From Chrysomallon squamiferum (taxonomy: Eukaryota; Animalia; Mollusca), in NCBI GenBank assembly GCA_012295275.1, contig CM022674.1, positions 14,198,001 through 14,262,000 of the forward strand: DNA of 64,000 nucleotides, in the 5' to 3' direction. The number at the start of each line of letters is the position of its first letter. Within the stretch, counting starts at the first letter, position 1. This document shows, piece after piece, positions 14,298 through 26,668 of this stretch. Made by a program: the position numbers and the translations under genes. The notes below the pieces were generated by a model, which saw only the letters and a list, made by a program, of their open reading frames with translations, had not been told where the DNA came from and searched no databases.

Positions 14298-14676
14298 ATA
14301 TACTGGTATACACATATGGAATAACTTATTTCTGTCTTAAGATATCAGCTTTGTCCTCGACGACGCGATTCAGCTGCGACTTGCTATTTAAGCTGCGCAG
14401 CGTAAAGCTGACACGTGAAGACAGCAACAATTATCTCTTTTATCCCGCAATTCTAAATAACACACAAACTAAATGAAATTAACTCTTTAATTTATCAACC
14501 CCGCGCTCTTGACAGCAGCAATTTCACGCGCGTTGATATCGCTGTCGCTTTAGATCGAAACAACCATTTATTTTTTAGTTTTTGATTGAAATTCATTTTT
14601 AAAACCGTCATTTAAGAACTAAACCAGCAATTAAACATTAAACAAGTTATTTTGAATATTATATCTATATCTATAC

Positions 14677-14678
<2 letters not shown>

Positions 14679-14718
<40 letters not shown>
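14679..14718. repeat. (CA)n microsatellite
   Basis: Direct reading of the sequence. Confidence 0.97.
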
Positions 14719-14723
<5 letters not shown>

Positions 14724-14864
14724 ACTATTTTCACTAATTTATTTCACTGGCTTTGTGAATGTGCGTGTTCGTGTATGTAGGAGTTTGAGTATGTCAGCGT
14801 CTGTACATGTTTGTCTTTGTGTCTGTGTGTGTGTGTGTTTGCGGGTGTCTGATCTGTACAAAGC

Positions 14865-17581
14865 TGTGCGTATCTGTGTGTGTATCTGTGTGTGTATCTG
14901 TGGTGTGTATCTGTGTGTTCTCTGTGTTGTGTATCTGTATCTGTGTATGTGTATCTGTGTGTGTGTTCTCTGTGTTGTGTATCTGTGTGTGTGTGTATGT
15001 GTATCTGTGTGTATCTGTGTGTGTTATCTGTGTGTGTATCTATCTGTGTGTGTATCTGTGTGTGTATCTGTGTGTGTTATCTGTGGTGTGTATCTGTGTG
15101 TGTATCTGTGTGTGTTCTCTGTGGTGTGTATCTGTGTGTTATCTGTGTGTGTATCTGTGTGCATATCTGTGTGTGTATCTGTGTGTGTGTGTGTATCTGT
15201 GTGTATCTGTGTGCGTGTGTATATGTGTGTGTTCTCTGTCTGTGTGTATCTGTGTGTGTTCTCTGTGGTGTATATCTGTGTGTGTATTTGTGTGTGTGTG
15301 TGTGTGTTCTCTGTGGTGTGTATCTGTGTATCTCTGTGTGTTCTCTGTGTGTGTATGTGTGTATGTGTGTGTGTATCTGTGTGTGTATCTGTGTGTGTAT
15401 CTATGTGTATCTGTGTGTATCTGTGTGTGTTATCTGTGTGTGTATCTGTGGTGTGTATCTGTGTGTGTATCTGTGTGTGTTCTCTGTGTGTATCTGTGTG
15501 TGTATCTGTGTGTGTATCTGTGTGTGTATATGTGTGTGTTATCTGTGTGTGTATCTGTGTGTGTATCTGTGTGTGTTATCTGTGGTGTGTATGTGTGTGT
15601 GTATCTGTGTGTATCTGTGTGTGTGTATCTGTGTGTGTGTGTATCTGTGTGTGTTCTCTGTGTGTGTATCTGTGTGTGTATGTGTGTGTATCTGTGTGTG
15701 TTTATCTGTGGTGTGTATCTGTTTGTTTTCTCTGTGGTGTGTATGTGTGTGTGTTCTCTGTATGTGTGTGTGTATATGTGTGTTCTGTGTGGTGTGTATC
15801 TGTGTGTGTTATCTGTGTTTCTCTGTGGTGTGTATCTGTGTGTGTTATCTGTGTGTGTATCTGTGTGTGTATCTGTGTGTGTTATCTGTGTGTGTGTATT
15901 CTGTGTGTGTATATCTGTGTGTGTATCTGTGTGTATATGTGTGTGTGTATCTGTGTGTGTTATCTGTGTTCTCTGTGTGTGTATCTGTGTGTGTATCTGC
16001 GTGTGTTATCTGTGTGTGTATCTGCGTGTGTATCTGTGTGTTCTCTGTGGTGTGTATCTGTGTGTGTATCTGTGTGTGTTCTCTGTGGTGTGTATCTGTG
16101 TGTGTTCTCTGTGGTGTGTATCTGTGTGTTATGTGTGTGTATCTGTGTGTGTATCTATGTGTGTTCTATGTGGTGTGTATCTGTGTGTGATCTGTGTGTG
16201 TATCTGTGTGTGTATCTGTGTGTGTTATCTGTGTTCTCTGTGTGTGTATCTGTGTGTGTATCTGTGTGTGTTATCTGTGTGTGTATCTGTGTGTATCTGT
16301 GTGTTCTCTGTGTGTGTGTATCTGTGTGTGTATCTGTGTGTGTATCTGTTCTCTGTGGTGTGTATCTGTGTGTGTTCTCTGTGGTGTGTATCTGTGTGTG
16401 TTATCTGTATGTGTGTCTGTGTATATTTACTGTGGTGTGTATCTGTGTGTGTATCTGTGTGTGTATCTGTGTGTGTTATCTGTGTGTGTATCTGTGTGTG
16501 TTCTCTGTGGTGTGTATCTATGTGTGTCTCTGTGGTGTGTATCTGTGTGTGTATCTGTGTGTGTATCTGTGTGTGTTCTCTGTGGTGTGTATCTGTGTGT
16601 GTTCTCTGTGGTGTGTATCTGTGTGTGTATCTGTGGTGTGTATCTGTGTGTGTTCTCTGTGGTGTGTATCAGTGTGTGTATCTGTGTGTGTATATGTGTG
16701 TGTATATGTGTGTGTTCTCTGTTGTGTGTATCTGTGTGTTATCTGTGTGTGTATCTGTGTGTGTTCTCTGTGGTGTGTATCTGTGTGTGTATCTGTGTGT
16801 GTATCTGTGTGTGTTCTCTGTGGTGTGTATATGTGTGTGTATCTGTGTGTATCTGTTTGTGTTCTCTGTGGTGTGTATCTGTGTGTGTATCTGTGTGTGT
16901 ATCTGTGGTGTGTATCTGTGTGTTCTCTGTGGTGTGTATATGTGTGTTTATCTGTGTGTGTATCTGTGGTGTGTATCTGTGTGTGTTCTCTGTGGTGTGT
17001 ATCTGTGTGTATATCTGTGTGTATCTCTGTGTGTATCTATGTGTGTATCTGTGTGTATCTGTGTGTATATCTGTGTGTATATCTGTGTGTGTATCTGTGT
17101 GTATCTGTGTGTATATCTGTGTGTTCTCTGTGTGTGTATCTGTGTGTGTATCTGTGTATGTTCTCTGTGGTGTGTATCTGTGTGTGTATCTGTGGTGTGT
17201 TCTCTGTGTGTGTATCTGTGGTGTGTTCTCTGTGTGTGTTCTCTGTGGTGTGTATCTGTGTGTGTTGTCTGTGTTGTGTATATGTGTGTGTTCTCTGTGG
17301 TGTGTATCTGTATGTGTATCTGTGTGTGTTCTCTGTGGTATATATCTGTCTGTGTTCTCTGTGGTGTGTATCTGTGTGTGTATCTGTGTGTGTTCTCTGT
17401 GGTGTGTATCTGTGTGTGTTCTCTGTGGTGTGTATCTGTGTGTGTTCTCTGTGGTGTGTATCTGTGTGTGTTCTCTGTGGTGTGTATCTGTGTGTGTTAT
17501 CTGTGGTGTGTATCTGTGTGTGTGTATCTGTGTGTGTATCTGTGTGTGTTCTCTGTGTGTGTTCTGTGTGTTGTGTGTGTA
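14865..17581. repeat. 2.7-kb (GT)n-derived complex satellite
   Basis: Short GT runs punctuated by recurring words GTATCT, GTTCTCT, GTTATCT and GTGGTGT. Confidence 0.97.
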
Positions 17582-17808
17582 TTAAAACTGAATCGTGTCG
17601 CTGACACTTTCTGCTCTGTTCAGCTCGCTGACTGCTGTGAGTCGCGTGCCTGGTTTTGACAACAGCTAAAAACGAGCGAGTTTTCGTTAAAGCAGGGGAC
17701 TGAAGTAAGATTTGTCGTGTTAACAAATAATTCAGTTTACATGACGAAAGAAATTAGTTGGGCAAAGTCAGCAATCTACAGAATCTTAGGTACAGAACGG
17801 TTCAAAGG

Positions 17809-17827
17809 ACACACACCCACACACCCA

Positions 17828-17898
<71 letters not shown>

Positions 17899-17907
17899 CA
17901 CACACAC
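17809..17907. repeat. (CA)n microsatellite
   Basis: Direct reading of the sequence. Confidence 0.95.
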
Positions 17908-19399
17908 CTACATCCGTCTCTCACTGTGAGTCTTGTGTAGTTCTGTGTGTCTGTCCAGTGAAAATAATGGTTTTTATTTAAATAGCGTAACAGCACAGTA
18001 GTAAAACTTGTATCAACAAAAACGTTTAAAAGATATAAAGCACGTGAGTGGACTGCAGGAGTTTTGTAAGAAATTCGAGTTAGAGAGAAGAAGCGATTCA
18101 GATTCCTCCCGAAACACGAACAGGCCCGCCATGTGTTTTCTCCAAGTTTATTTTTAATATACATTTTTTTTTATTTCATTATTTATTTATTTTTGGGGTT
18201 TTATTTTATTTTATTTTATTTTATTTATTTATTATTTTTTATTTTTTTACTTTTTGTTTGTTTTACGTCTTTTTTAAAAACATCCATTAAAGTCACAGTG
18301 AAGCATCAACTGATTTTTGTCACTAAATTTTACTTGTAATGCAACCGAATGTTAAAACGCACTCGCTTCCGGACATCTGATATCACATTTATTTCTGTTT
18401 TAATTAGAGCTATTAGGGTATATGCATTCTTTTTTTTCCGCTTTCCGCACGCCATTTCCGTGTCTAGTTTATCACGTTTTAACACGAACAGATTTCAGCT
18501 GAAGTAAGAAAATGTCCGGTTTTATGTTGAACCCGCAAACAAGAATTTAATATAAAATAATTACAACAAATCAATGTTTTCCTGTAACTGCTCTTTGTTT
18601 GTTGTCGTTGTAATATTTATTTTATTACAGTTTTTCTTTTATAAAACCAGCCTGTCCGTTCTGACGTCAGTACAGAGTCCAATAAGACAGAAGTAATTTG
18701 TATCTGGAAGACAAATCATTGCTGTATGACTGGGATATTACAATATCAAAACAAACACTTATCCTGCGAGAGACTTTCTCATAACTGTCCTCAGTGGATC
18801 TATGTTTTTATTCCTTCACAGATTGTTATTTAATTCATATATTTGTTTCATTTAATGAAGAATATTAGAAACCGTCAACTGAGGACCTATTTGTTCCAAG
18901 ATCAACCCTCGATGATGTCGCTGTTAGGGTTTTTCCCGTTCTTACCCGTGCTCTCGATAGTTCTATCAAAAACGTGATGTAAAATATTCTTTGTTCTCGT
19001 AAGAGTAGTCTACTGCGAGTCGTCAACACGTTGTTTGATCTACACGTTGTAGACATGTTGATCACTACAACACAGTCTACTCAGCTGTGCGGAAACACTG
19101 GTCACTTTTATACGTCAGATTTCTCGTCATAAATCTGCATTTGTCCTTCTTTCTATCCTTATTTCTTTCACGTTCCTGACTGTGTTAATATGTACGTCTT
19201 GTTTCTCGTCGTTAATTTGTTTTTTTTTTCTTCATTCTTACTTCTATCTGGTTTATTATTTCATTCTTTCTTTCCTTATTTTATTCTTCATTCTTTTTAA
19301 TTTCTTTCTTCTTTTACATTCCTTATTCTTTCTGTCTTTCCTAGTCTTATTAACTGAGACATAATCGTGTAATCTGCAAACATGCGATGTATGCACAGG

Positions 19400-20233
19400 C
19401 TTAGTTTGTACAGTCTCAACACTTAGTTTGTACAGTCTCATCAACACTTAGTTTGTACAGTCTCATCAACACTTAGTTTGTACAGTCTCATCAACACTTA
19501 GTTTGTACAGTCTCATCAACACTTAGTTTGTACAGTCTCAACACTTAGTTTGTACAGTCTCATCAACACTTAGTTTGTACAGTCTCAACACTTAGTTTGT
19601 ACAGTCTCATCAACACTTAGTTTGTACAGTCTCATCAACACTTAGTTTGTACAGTCTCATCAACACTTAGTTTGTACAGTCTCAACACTTAGTTTGTACA
19701 GTCTCATCAACACTTAGTTTGTACAGTCTCAACACTTAGTTTGTACAGTCTCATCAACACTTAGTTTGTACAGTCTCATCAACACTTAGTTTGTACAGTC
19801 TCAACACTTAGTTTGTACAGTCTCGTCAACACTTAGTTTGTACAGTCTCGTCAACACTTAGTTTGTACAGTCTCGTCAACACTTAGTTTGTACAGTCTCG
19901 TCAACACTTAGTTTGTACAGTATCAACACTTAGTTTGTACAGTCTCAACACTTAGTTTGTACAGTCTCAACACTTAGTTTGTACAGTCTCAACACTTAGT
20001 TTGTACAGTCTCAACACTTAGTTTGTACAGTCTCAACACTTAGTTTATACAGTCTCAACACTTAGTTTGTACAGTCTAAACACTTAGTTTGTACAGTATC
20101 AACACTTAGTTTGTACAGTCTAAACACTTAGTTTGTACAGTATCAACACTTAGTTTGTACAGTCTAAACACTTAGTTTGTACAGTATCAACACTTAGTTT
20201 GTACAGTATCAACACTTAGTTTGTACAGTCTCA
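19400..20233. repeat. 22/25-bp minisatellite, ~36 copies
   Basis: Unit CTTAGTTTGTACAGTCTC(ATC)AACA; unit starts at 19400, 19422 and 19447 give periods of 22 and 25. Confidence 0.97.
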
Positions 20234-20811
20234 CAGTCTCTGTCATCTCTGCACGTTATTTTAGTCAGATTTATTTCTTATTTAATTATTACATTCGCCG
20301 TCTCATCAGTCTCGTTTTTGCAATCGTAGGATCACCCTTGTTACAAACATAGAGACATTTAAAAACAAAATTTTCAGATTGTTATTTTCTTTTACATTTT
20401 TTACTGTTTCACCAACAAGTGTTTATGTATCAGAGTTGTGAATAGACAACTAAGATCCAACAAAGAATGCAATTTAAAAACAAAATAAAATAATAATAAT
20501 AATAATGAAAACAAAAATAATAATATGTTGTTTTCTCTGCCCAAGTATCAACCGGTTACAAACATGAAAACAAATAAAGTGTGTAAAAATTGTTTGCAGG
20601 TGTACACATACATCGGTTTGACAAATGTCTAATAATATGACAAATTCTGAGAACCTAACCGCTACGTATAATGTGTAAAATATGTTATGACCTGAGAATT
20701 AGAATGCCAAAAAAATAAGAAACAAACCTGGATGATACAATAACATATGCTGATAATGTTCTAAATCATATCAATACTATTTAAGTGTAGACATGAACGT
20801 TTGAACATTGT

Positions 20812-20814
<3 letters not shown>

Positions 20815-20886
<72 letters not shown>
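20815..20886. repeat. (GA)n microsatellite
   Basis: Direct reading of the sequence. Confidence 0.97.
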
Positions 20887-20893
<7 letters not shown>

Positions 20894-21178
20894 ATGTTAA
20901 AATGCTATAGTTTTTCAAGAAAAGCCTTTAAACAAAATGCTATATTGTCTTAAAAATTACTTATGATAAACTTACCTTTAATAATTTCTCTTCTCTCACA
21001 ACTCAAAAACTAAAAATTCAATAAATTCAGTTAATGTTCTCAAGTTTTTAATAAAATATTCCTCATACGAAACTAAACGCTCATTTCAGAAAGCTTCGGC
21101 ATATTTCCGTAATAGTTCGTCGAGTTCGCTCACGGCATCGTAAAGACCCACAAACAACCTCTCGACTACAGAACATAC

Positions 21179-21345
21179 CTGCACAGACCACTTCCTTCAA
21201 CGAACGTTTACATAGCACCGTTTCACTTTCAATTGGTCCTTGTCGGATCGATATTGCTTAGCACGAATTTGTACGAAACTGCGATAGGCCCAGCTTTGTA
21301 AAGAATCGTCTGCCAAGCTCAGACATCGACACTTCCGACGCCATA
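21179..21345 (-). other. Candidate first (probably non-coding) exon on the minus strand
   Basis: Starts near ATGGCGTCGGAAGTG (YY1 plus ETS signature), is CpG-rich and ends at a strong donor CAG|gtatgt. The ATG frame stops after 28 codons. Confidence 0.25.
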
Positions 21346-21781
21346 AGAGTCATTACTAATATTAATAATTAACTAAGCAGTACACATAATATGCATCAGA
21401 TGACAATGCCAGTAGTAACAATTATTTTGATTTACGAAATATGTGTGTATGTTCATGCGTGTGTTTAAACAATGGTTGTGTAGCAAAGGTATATAGTAAC
21501 GAGTAGTAGATGAGAAAAGACTATTGGTCTGTGACGTAATTATAGTAACCTGCTTACGTAATGTTGACAAGGACCGGAAATAAACGTGATAACCATTAGA
21601 GTAGATTACGCAAAACTCGCCAAATATGAAAATGGGAGATTTACGTAATGCTGGAGTTAATAAACTCCATGTGACCCGAAACGTTCTAAATTCTCTTACC
21701 ATGTACTACCACGTTTTTTTTGTTTTTGTTTTTATAGCGCGTGTTTATTATAGGTTAGCTGAGAATGTGTGACGTATACTG

Positions 21782-21796
21782 ACACCAGGGGGCACC
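21782..21796 (+). promoter_or_regulatory. CTCF-like binding motif
   Basis: ACACCAGGGGGCACC versus consensus CCASYAGRKGGCRSY: one mismatch, at the first base. Confidence 0.45.
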
Positions 21797-21931
21797 ATAT
21801 GCACGGACTTCCTTATCTTCTGACAACCGATACATGTTTTTCTTTTATTTATAATTAAGTCAATTTCATTTTGAAATATCAGTGATGTTTGAGTATCTTA
21901 TCTTATTATTTCGTAAACAAATTCTTCATAA

Positions 21932-21959
21932 AAAAATAAATAAATAAATAAATAATAGC

Positions 21960-22003
<44 letters not shown>

Positions 22004-22070
22004 CAACAAAAAAAATAATAATAATAATAATAATAACAACAACAACAACAACAACAACAATAACAACAAA
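21932..22070. repeat. (AAAT)n/(AAT)n/(AAC)n compound microsatellite
   Basis: Direct reading of the sequence. Confidence 0.92.
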
Positions 22071-22554
22071 ATAAACACTTTACTTATATTTTAATGGTTG
22101 TTATGTGATAAAAATTAGTATTTTTTTCTTTCTTGGAGAACGAGTATTTTAGAAGAGAAAAACCCCTGCTGTGATTCCTTATCGAGTGCTAGAACTTTCT
22201 TCTCAAAAACTGGAACACATAACTTACCTTTGATAAACAAAGATGGGGCACTAGTTGGAATGATATAAAGCCACACCGATTAAATAGAATTTAAATTGTT
22301 TTATCATACCAGAGTTTAGATAACTATATCTAAAGAGGAATATATGTAAACTATTTTTATTATCTAAACACAGAGAGGCTTTTTGTTATTGTTATTTTCT
22401 AAAAACTATTTTAAAACTAGATTTTACTGTTGTGAATAAATTATGTTATTTAGTTTGTATTTTGGTTATCTCACCGTAGAGTTATTGAAAGATTTTCAAA
22501 AACAATTTTACTTTTTATTTTATTTTATTTTATTTTTTTTTTTTTTTTTTGGCA

Positions 22555-22600
<46 letters not shown>

Positions 22601-23131
22601 TCAAATAAGAAAAAAATAAAAATAAAGACAAAGAAATATTTGAATTACGACTCTGATATGAGACTTGCTAAATGGAAAATCAGTAAAGATAACAACTTAT
22701 TTATAACTTTTAAACAAACAGATTTATTTCTCTGAGTTTTGGAATACGAGATGGGGAAAATTGTCTCGTAAACATTTTTATGTTGTCGTTGAAGATGAAT
22801 GTCATTATCGATCGACATGTAATGTTCATACATGATGCAAGTTAAATGCTCATTTGTAAATGCAATGCACACGCATCATTTATCAAATCATAGCTCTGTG
22901 AAGTTTTCTTTATTTCTTATCAAACGTCAGATGACAAATATATTTTGTTAAAAACGTGAATCATCTCTTTGTTCTCGTTATTTCACAGTTTGGAAGAGTT
23001 TTCACGCGAGATTTGTCTCTTACGTCAAATCTCTGATTGAATCGTTTGTTTCGGTTCATGAAATCGTTGTCAAGTGTAAGTTATCTGTTTCAGAATTGTT
23101 GGACACGTTTGTGCACACAAAATACCATCAC

Positions 23132-23438
23132 CATTAGATATACATCAACATGTTAGAAGTTTTGTATAAAAATACATACATCATTAGATATACATCAACA
23201 TGTTAGAAGTTTTGTATAAAAATACATACATCATTAGTTATACATCAACATGTTAGAAGTTTTGTATAATAATACATACATCATTAGATATACATCAACA
23301 AGTTAAAAGTTTTGTATAAAAATACATACATCATTAGATATACATCAACATGTTAGAAGCTTTGTATAATAATACATACATCATTAGATATACATCAACA
23401 CGTTAGAAGTTTTGTATATAAATACTTACATCATTAGA
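23132..23438. repeat. 50-bp minisatellite, 6 copies
   Basis: Unit CATTAGATATACATCAACATGTTAGAAGTTTTGTATAAAAATACATACAT; starts at 23132 and 23182. Confidence 0.97.
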
Positions 23439-23497
23439 ATGACTCACTTTTATTATAATTAAAAGTTAACCAAGATTATTGCAGTGAAAGAAGATAT

Positions 23498-25010
23498 ACA
23501 TTTTGTATATGAGAGAACATCACACTTTAACAAAACATTGTTTTGTATGTGAGAGAACATCACAGTCTAACATGACATTGTTTTGTATGTGAGAGAACAT
23601 CACAGTGTAACATGACATTGTTTTGTATGTAAGAGAACATCACACTGTAACATGACATTGTTTTGTATGTGAGAGAACATCACACTGTAACATGACATTG
23701 TTTTGTATGTGAGAGAACATCACACTTTAACATGACATTGTTTTGTATGTGAGAGAACATCACAGTCTAACATGACATTGTTTTGTATGTGAGAGAACAT
23801 CACAGTCTAACATGACATTGTTTTGTATGTGAGAGAACATCACAGTCTAACATGACATTGTTTTGTATGTAAGAGAACATCACACTTTAACATGACATTG
23901 TTTTGTATGTAAGAGAACATCACACTGTAACATGACATTGTTTTGTATGTGAGAGAACATCACAGTCTAACATGACATTGTTTTGTATGTGAGAGAACAT
24001 CACAGTCTAACATGACATTGTTTTGTATGTGAGAGAACATCACAGTCTAACATGACATTGTTTTGTATGTGAGAGAACATGTAACATGACAGAGAACATC
24101 ACATGTGTAACATGACATTGTTTTGTATGTGAGAGAACATCACACTGTAACATGACATTGTTTTGTATGTGAGAGAACATAACATTGTTTTTGTATGTGA
24201 GGAGAAACATGACATTGTTTTGTATGTGAGAGAACATCACACTTTAACATAACATTGTTTTGTATGTGAGAGAACATCACATTGTTTTGTATGTGAGAGA
24301 ACATCACACTTTAACATAACATTGTTTTGTATGTGAGAGAACATCACACTTTAACATAACATTGTTTTGTATGTGAGAGAACATCACACTTTAACATAAC
24401 ATTGTTTTGTATGTGAGAGAACATCACACTTTAACATAACATTGTTTTGTATGTGAGAGAACATTGAGAAACTTTTAACATTGTTTTTATGTGAGAGAAC
24501 AAACTAACATAACATTGTTTTTTTGAGAACATCAACTTTAACATAACATTGTTTTGTATGTGAGAGAAGTTTACACTTTAAAAACTCTTGTTTTGTCTTT
24601 AGTCATCAACGAAAACATAACATTGTTTTGTATGGGAAGAAGTAAACATAACATACATTGTTTTGTGTGTGAGAGAACATCACAAACAAAGTTCCATTGT
24701 TTTTGTATGTATATATAAAATATGTGAAAAATAATGTCTATATATTGTTTTTATAGTTAAACATTTCACTTTAAATCGTTTGTGATGTTACAGACATCAC
24801 ACACTTTAACATGACATTGTTTTGTATGTACAAAACATCACACTCATGACATTGTTTTGTATGCTGAGATCAGCTTCATCACATTGTTTTGTATGTTGTT
24901 AACATCACACTTTAACATAACATTGTTTTGTATGTGAGAGAACATCACACACTTTTAAATATATAGGAGGACTGCCATTTTTCATTGTTTTGTATAGAGA
25001 ACACGTTCTG
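23498..25010. repeat. 40-bp minisatellite, regular to ~24465 and degraded to ~25010
   Basis: Unit CACASTBTAACATRACATTGTTTTGTATGTGAGAGAACAT. Confidence 0.95.
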
Positions 25011-25322
25011 TTTCATCATTGTTTTTTATTACAAATATATATATATATATATTCATTATAATAATTATGACGAAACCTAGAATGTTAAGAATACCATGTT
25101 AAAGTGTGGCACACCTCCTATATAATATATCATATAATATATAATAAAACATATCTTCATTGTTTGCATCTGTTTTGTCATTTATAGTTTACAAATTAAA
25201 CAGTTACTAGGTTGAAGATAATAACATTTATTATTTATTTGGCGATATTAGTGTGATAAGTACGTTTGCAAAGTATCGATGGTGAAGAGGTGAATGTTTT
25301 ATGAGCTCTGCTGTCACAAAAC

Positions 25323-25920
25323 ACGTTATGGAAAACTGATACACGAAGCAGCTGAAACTGCAGATGTTTCTTTGTAATGGAACAAAAAAATAAAATCCTA
25401 AAGATATTATCATTTCAAAATAGCTTTTAACACCATTCTGTGAGCAATTCTAAAAACGATTACATCTTCACATTAAGAACGCATTAAAGAAACTCTATTA
25501 ATGTTTTATTATTGATGCAAATTACATTTCCATCCTTGCTCTCAAACAAAAAAAAAGCTTAATGGTTAATATCTATAATATCTATCTGTCTGTATGTTTG
25601 TCTATCTAATTAAGCTCTAGCTCTATCCATCTATCTATCTATCTATCGAATCTATTATCTATCTGTCTGTACGTTATGGAAAATATACACGAAGATGAAA
25701 TCAGATTTTCTTTGTAATGGAAAAAAAAAATCTATTATCATTTCAAAATCTTTCTGTCTGTCAATTCTTTCTGTCTGCCTATGATTTTCACGCATTAAAG
25801 AAACCTATCTGTTTTATTATTGATATATGTTTCCATCTATCTCAAACAAAAAAGTCTTAATGGTTAATATCTATAATATCTATATATATATCTAGCATCT
25901 CTCTATCCATCTATCTATCT
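25323..25920. repeat. Imperfect tandem duplication of a ~260-320-bp unique segment
   Basis: ACGTTATGGAAAA...TTTCTTTGTAATGGAA...TATTATCATTTCAAAAT...ACGCATTAAAGAAAC...AATGGTTAATATCTATAATATCTAT occurs from 25323 and again from 25671. Confidence 0.85.
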
Positions 25921-25984
25921 ATATATCTATCGTCTATCTATCTATGCATCTGTCTGTCTGTCTGTCTATCTATCTACCTATCTA

Positions 25985-26023
<39 letters not shown>

Positions 26024-26033
26024 ATATGTATAT

Positions 26034-26084
<51 letters not shown>

Positions 26085-26192
26085 GTCTATCTCTCTCTAT
26101 ATATATCTGTTAGTCTATCTGTCTGTCTATCTATCTATCCACCTACCTATCTATCTACTTATTTATTATCTATCTATCTGTCTCTCTATCTA
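25900..26192. repeat. (CTAT)n/(AT)n compound microsatellite
   Basis: Direct reading of the sequence. Confidence 0.92.
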
Positions 26193-26330
26193 TAGTAGTA
26201 ATAGTTACAAACACACGGTTAACGTGTTGACGTACATCTACTGAGAATTATCGGTAAGAGTGTAATTCATGGATTTGGAAAATTACAATTTAGTGTAGGT
26301 TCTTGTCGTGGTAAAGTGTGTATGTCTATA

Positions 26331-26668
26331 CAGGTACCGGACCAATTATCCGGCGTCCGGAAATCTGGAAAGACCAGAAAACCGGAAGTTTTTCCCCGAC
26401 GCTCTTTTCATAGTTCGCGCGCGCGGTTGATGTCCTCACCAGACCGGAACTACTCTTTCAAGCCACGTGGCATTCATTCACTCGCCGCGCTGTTTACGTG
26501 TCGAGTCGCCACAGTTGTGTATCGTCAATTTTCTTTATGTTTTTAATTTTAAAACGTTTATGCCTAATTATTTACGTGTTTAGATGCCTTGGTATCAGAA
26601 AACCGGAAAATCCAGTAATGTGGAATGCCTCAGGCCCCAAGGAGTCCGGATAATTGGTCTGGTACCTG
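26331..26668. mobile_element. Non-autonomous DNA transposon (MITE), Tc1/mariner superfamily, pogo/Tigger-like
   Basis: Left end CAGGTACCGGACCAATTATCCGG and reverse complement of the right end CAGGTACCAGACCAATTATCCGG match at 22/23. TA lies on both sides (26329-30, 26669-70). CAGAAAACCGGAA recurs subterminally near both ends. No transposase ORF. Confidence 0.9.

Noticed and set aside
14755-17659. 949- and 950-aa ORFs rich in Cys and Val
   Set aside because: Several frames are open because the GT satellite lacks stop codons; the translation has no domain structure.
19400-20233. Telomere-like or CRISPR-like array (contains TTAG)
   Set aside because: No TTAGG or TTAGGG units and no unique spacers.
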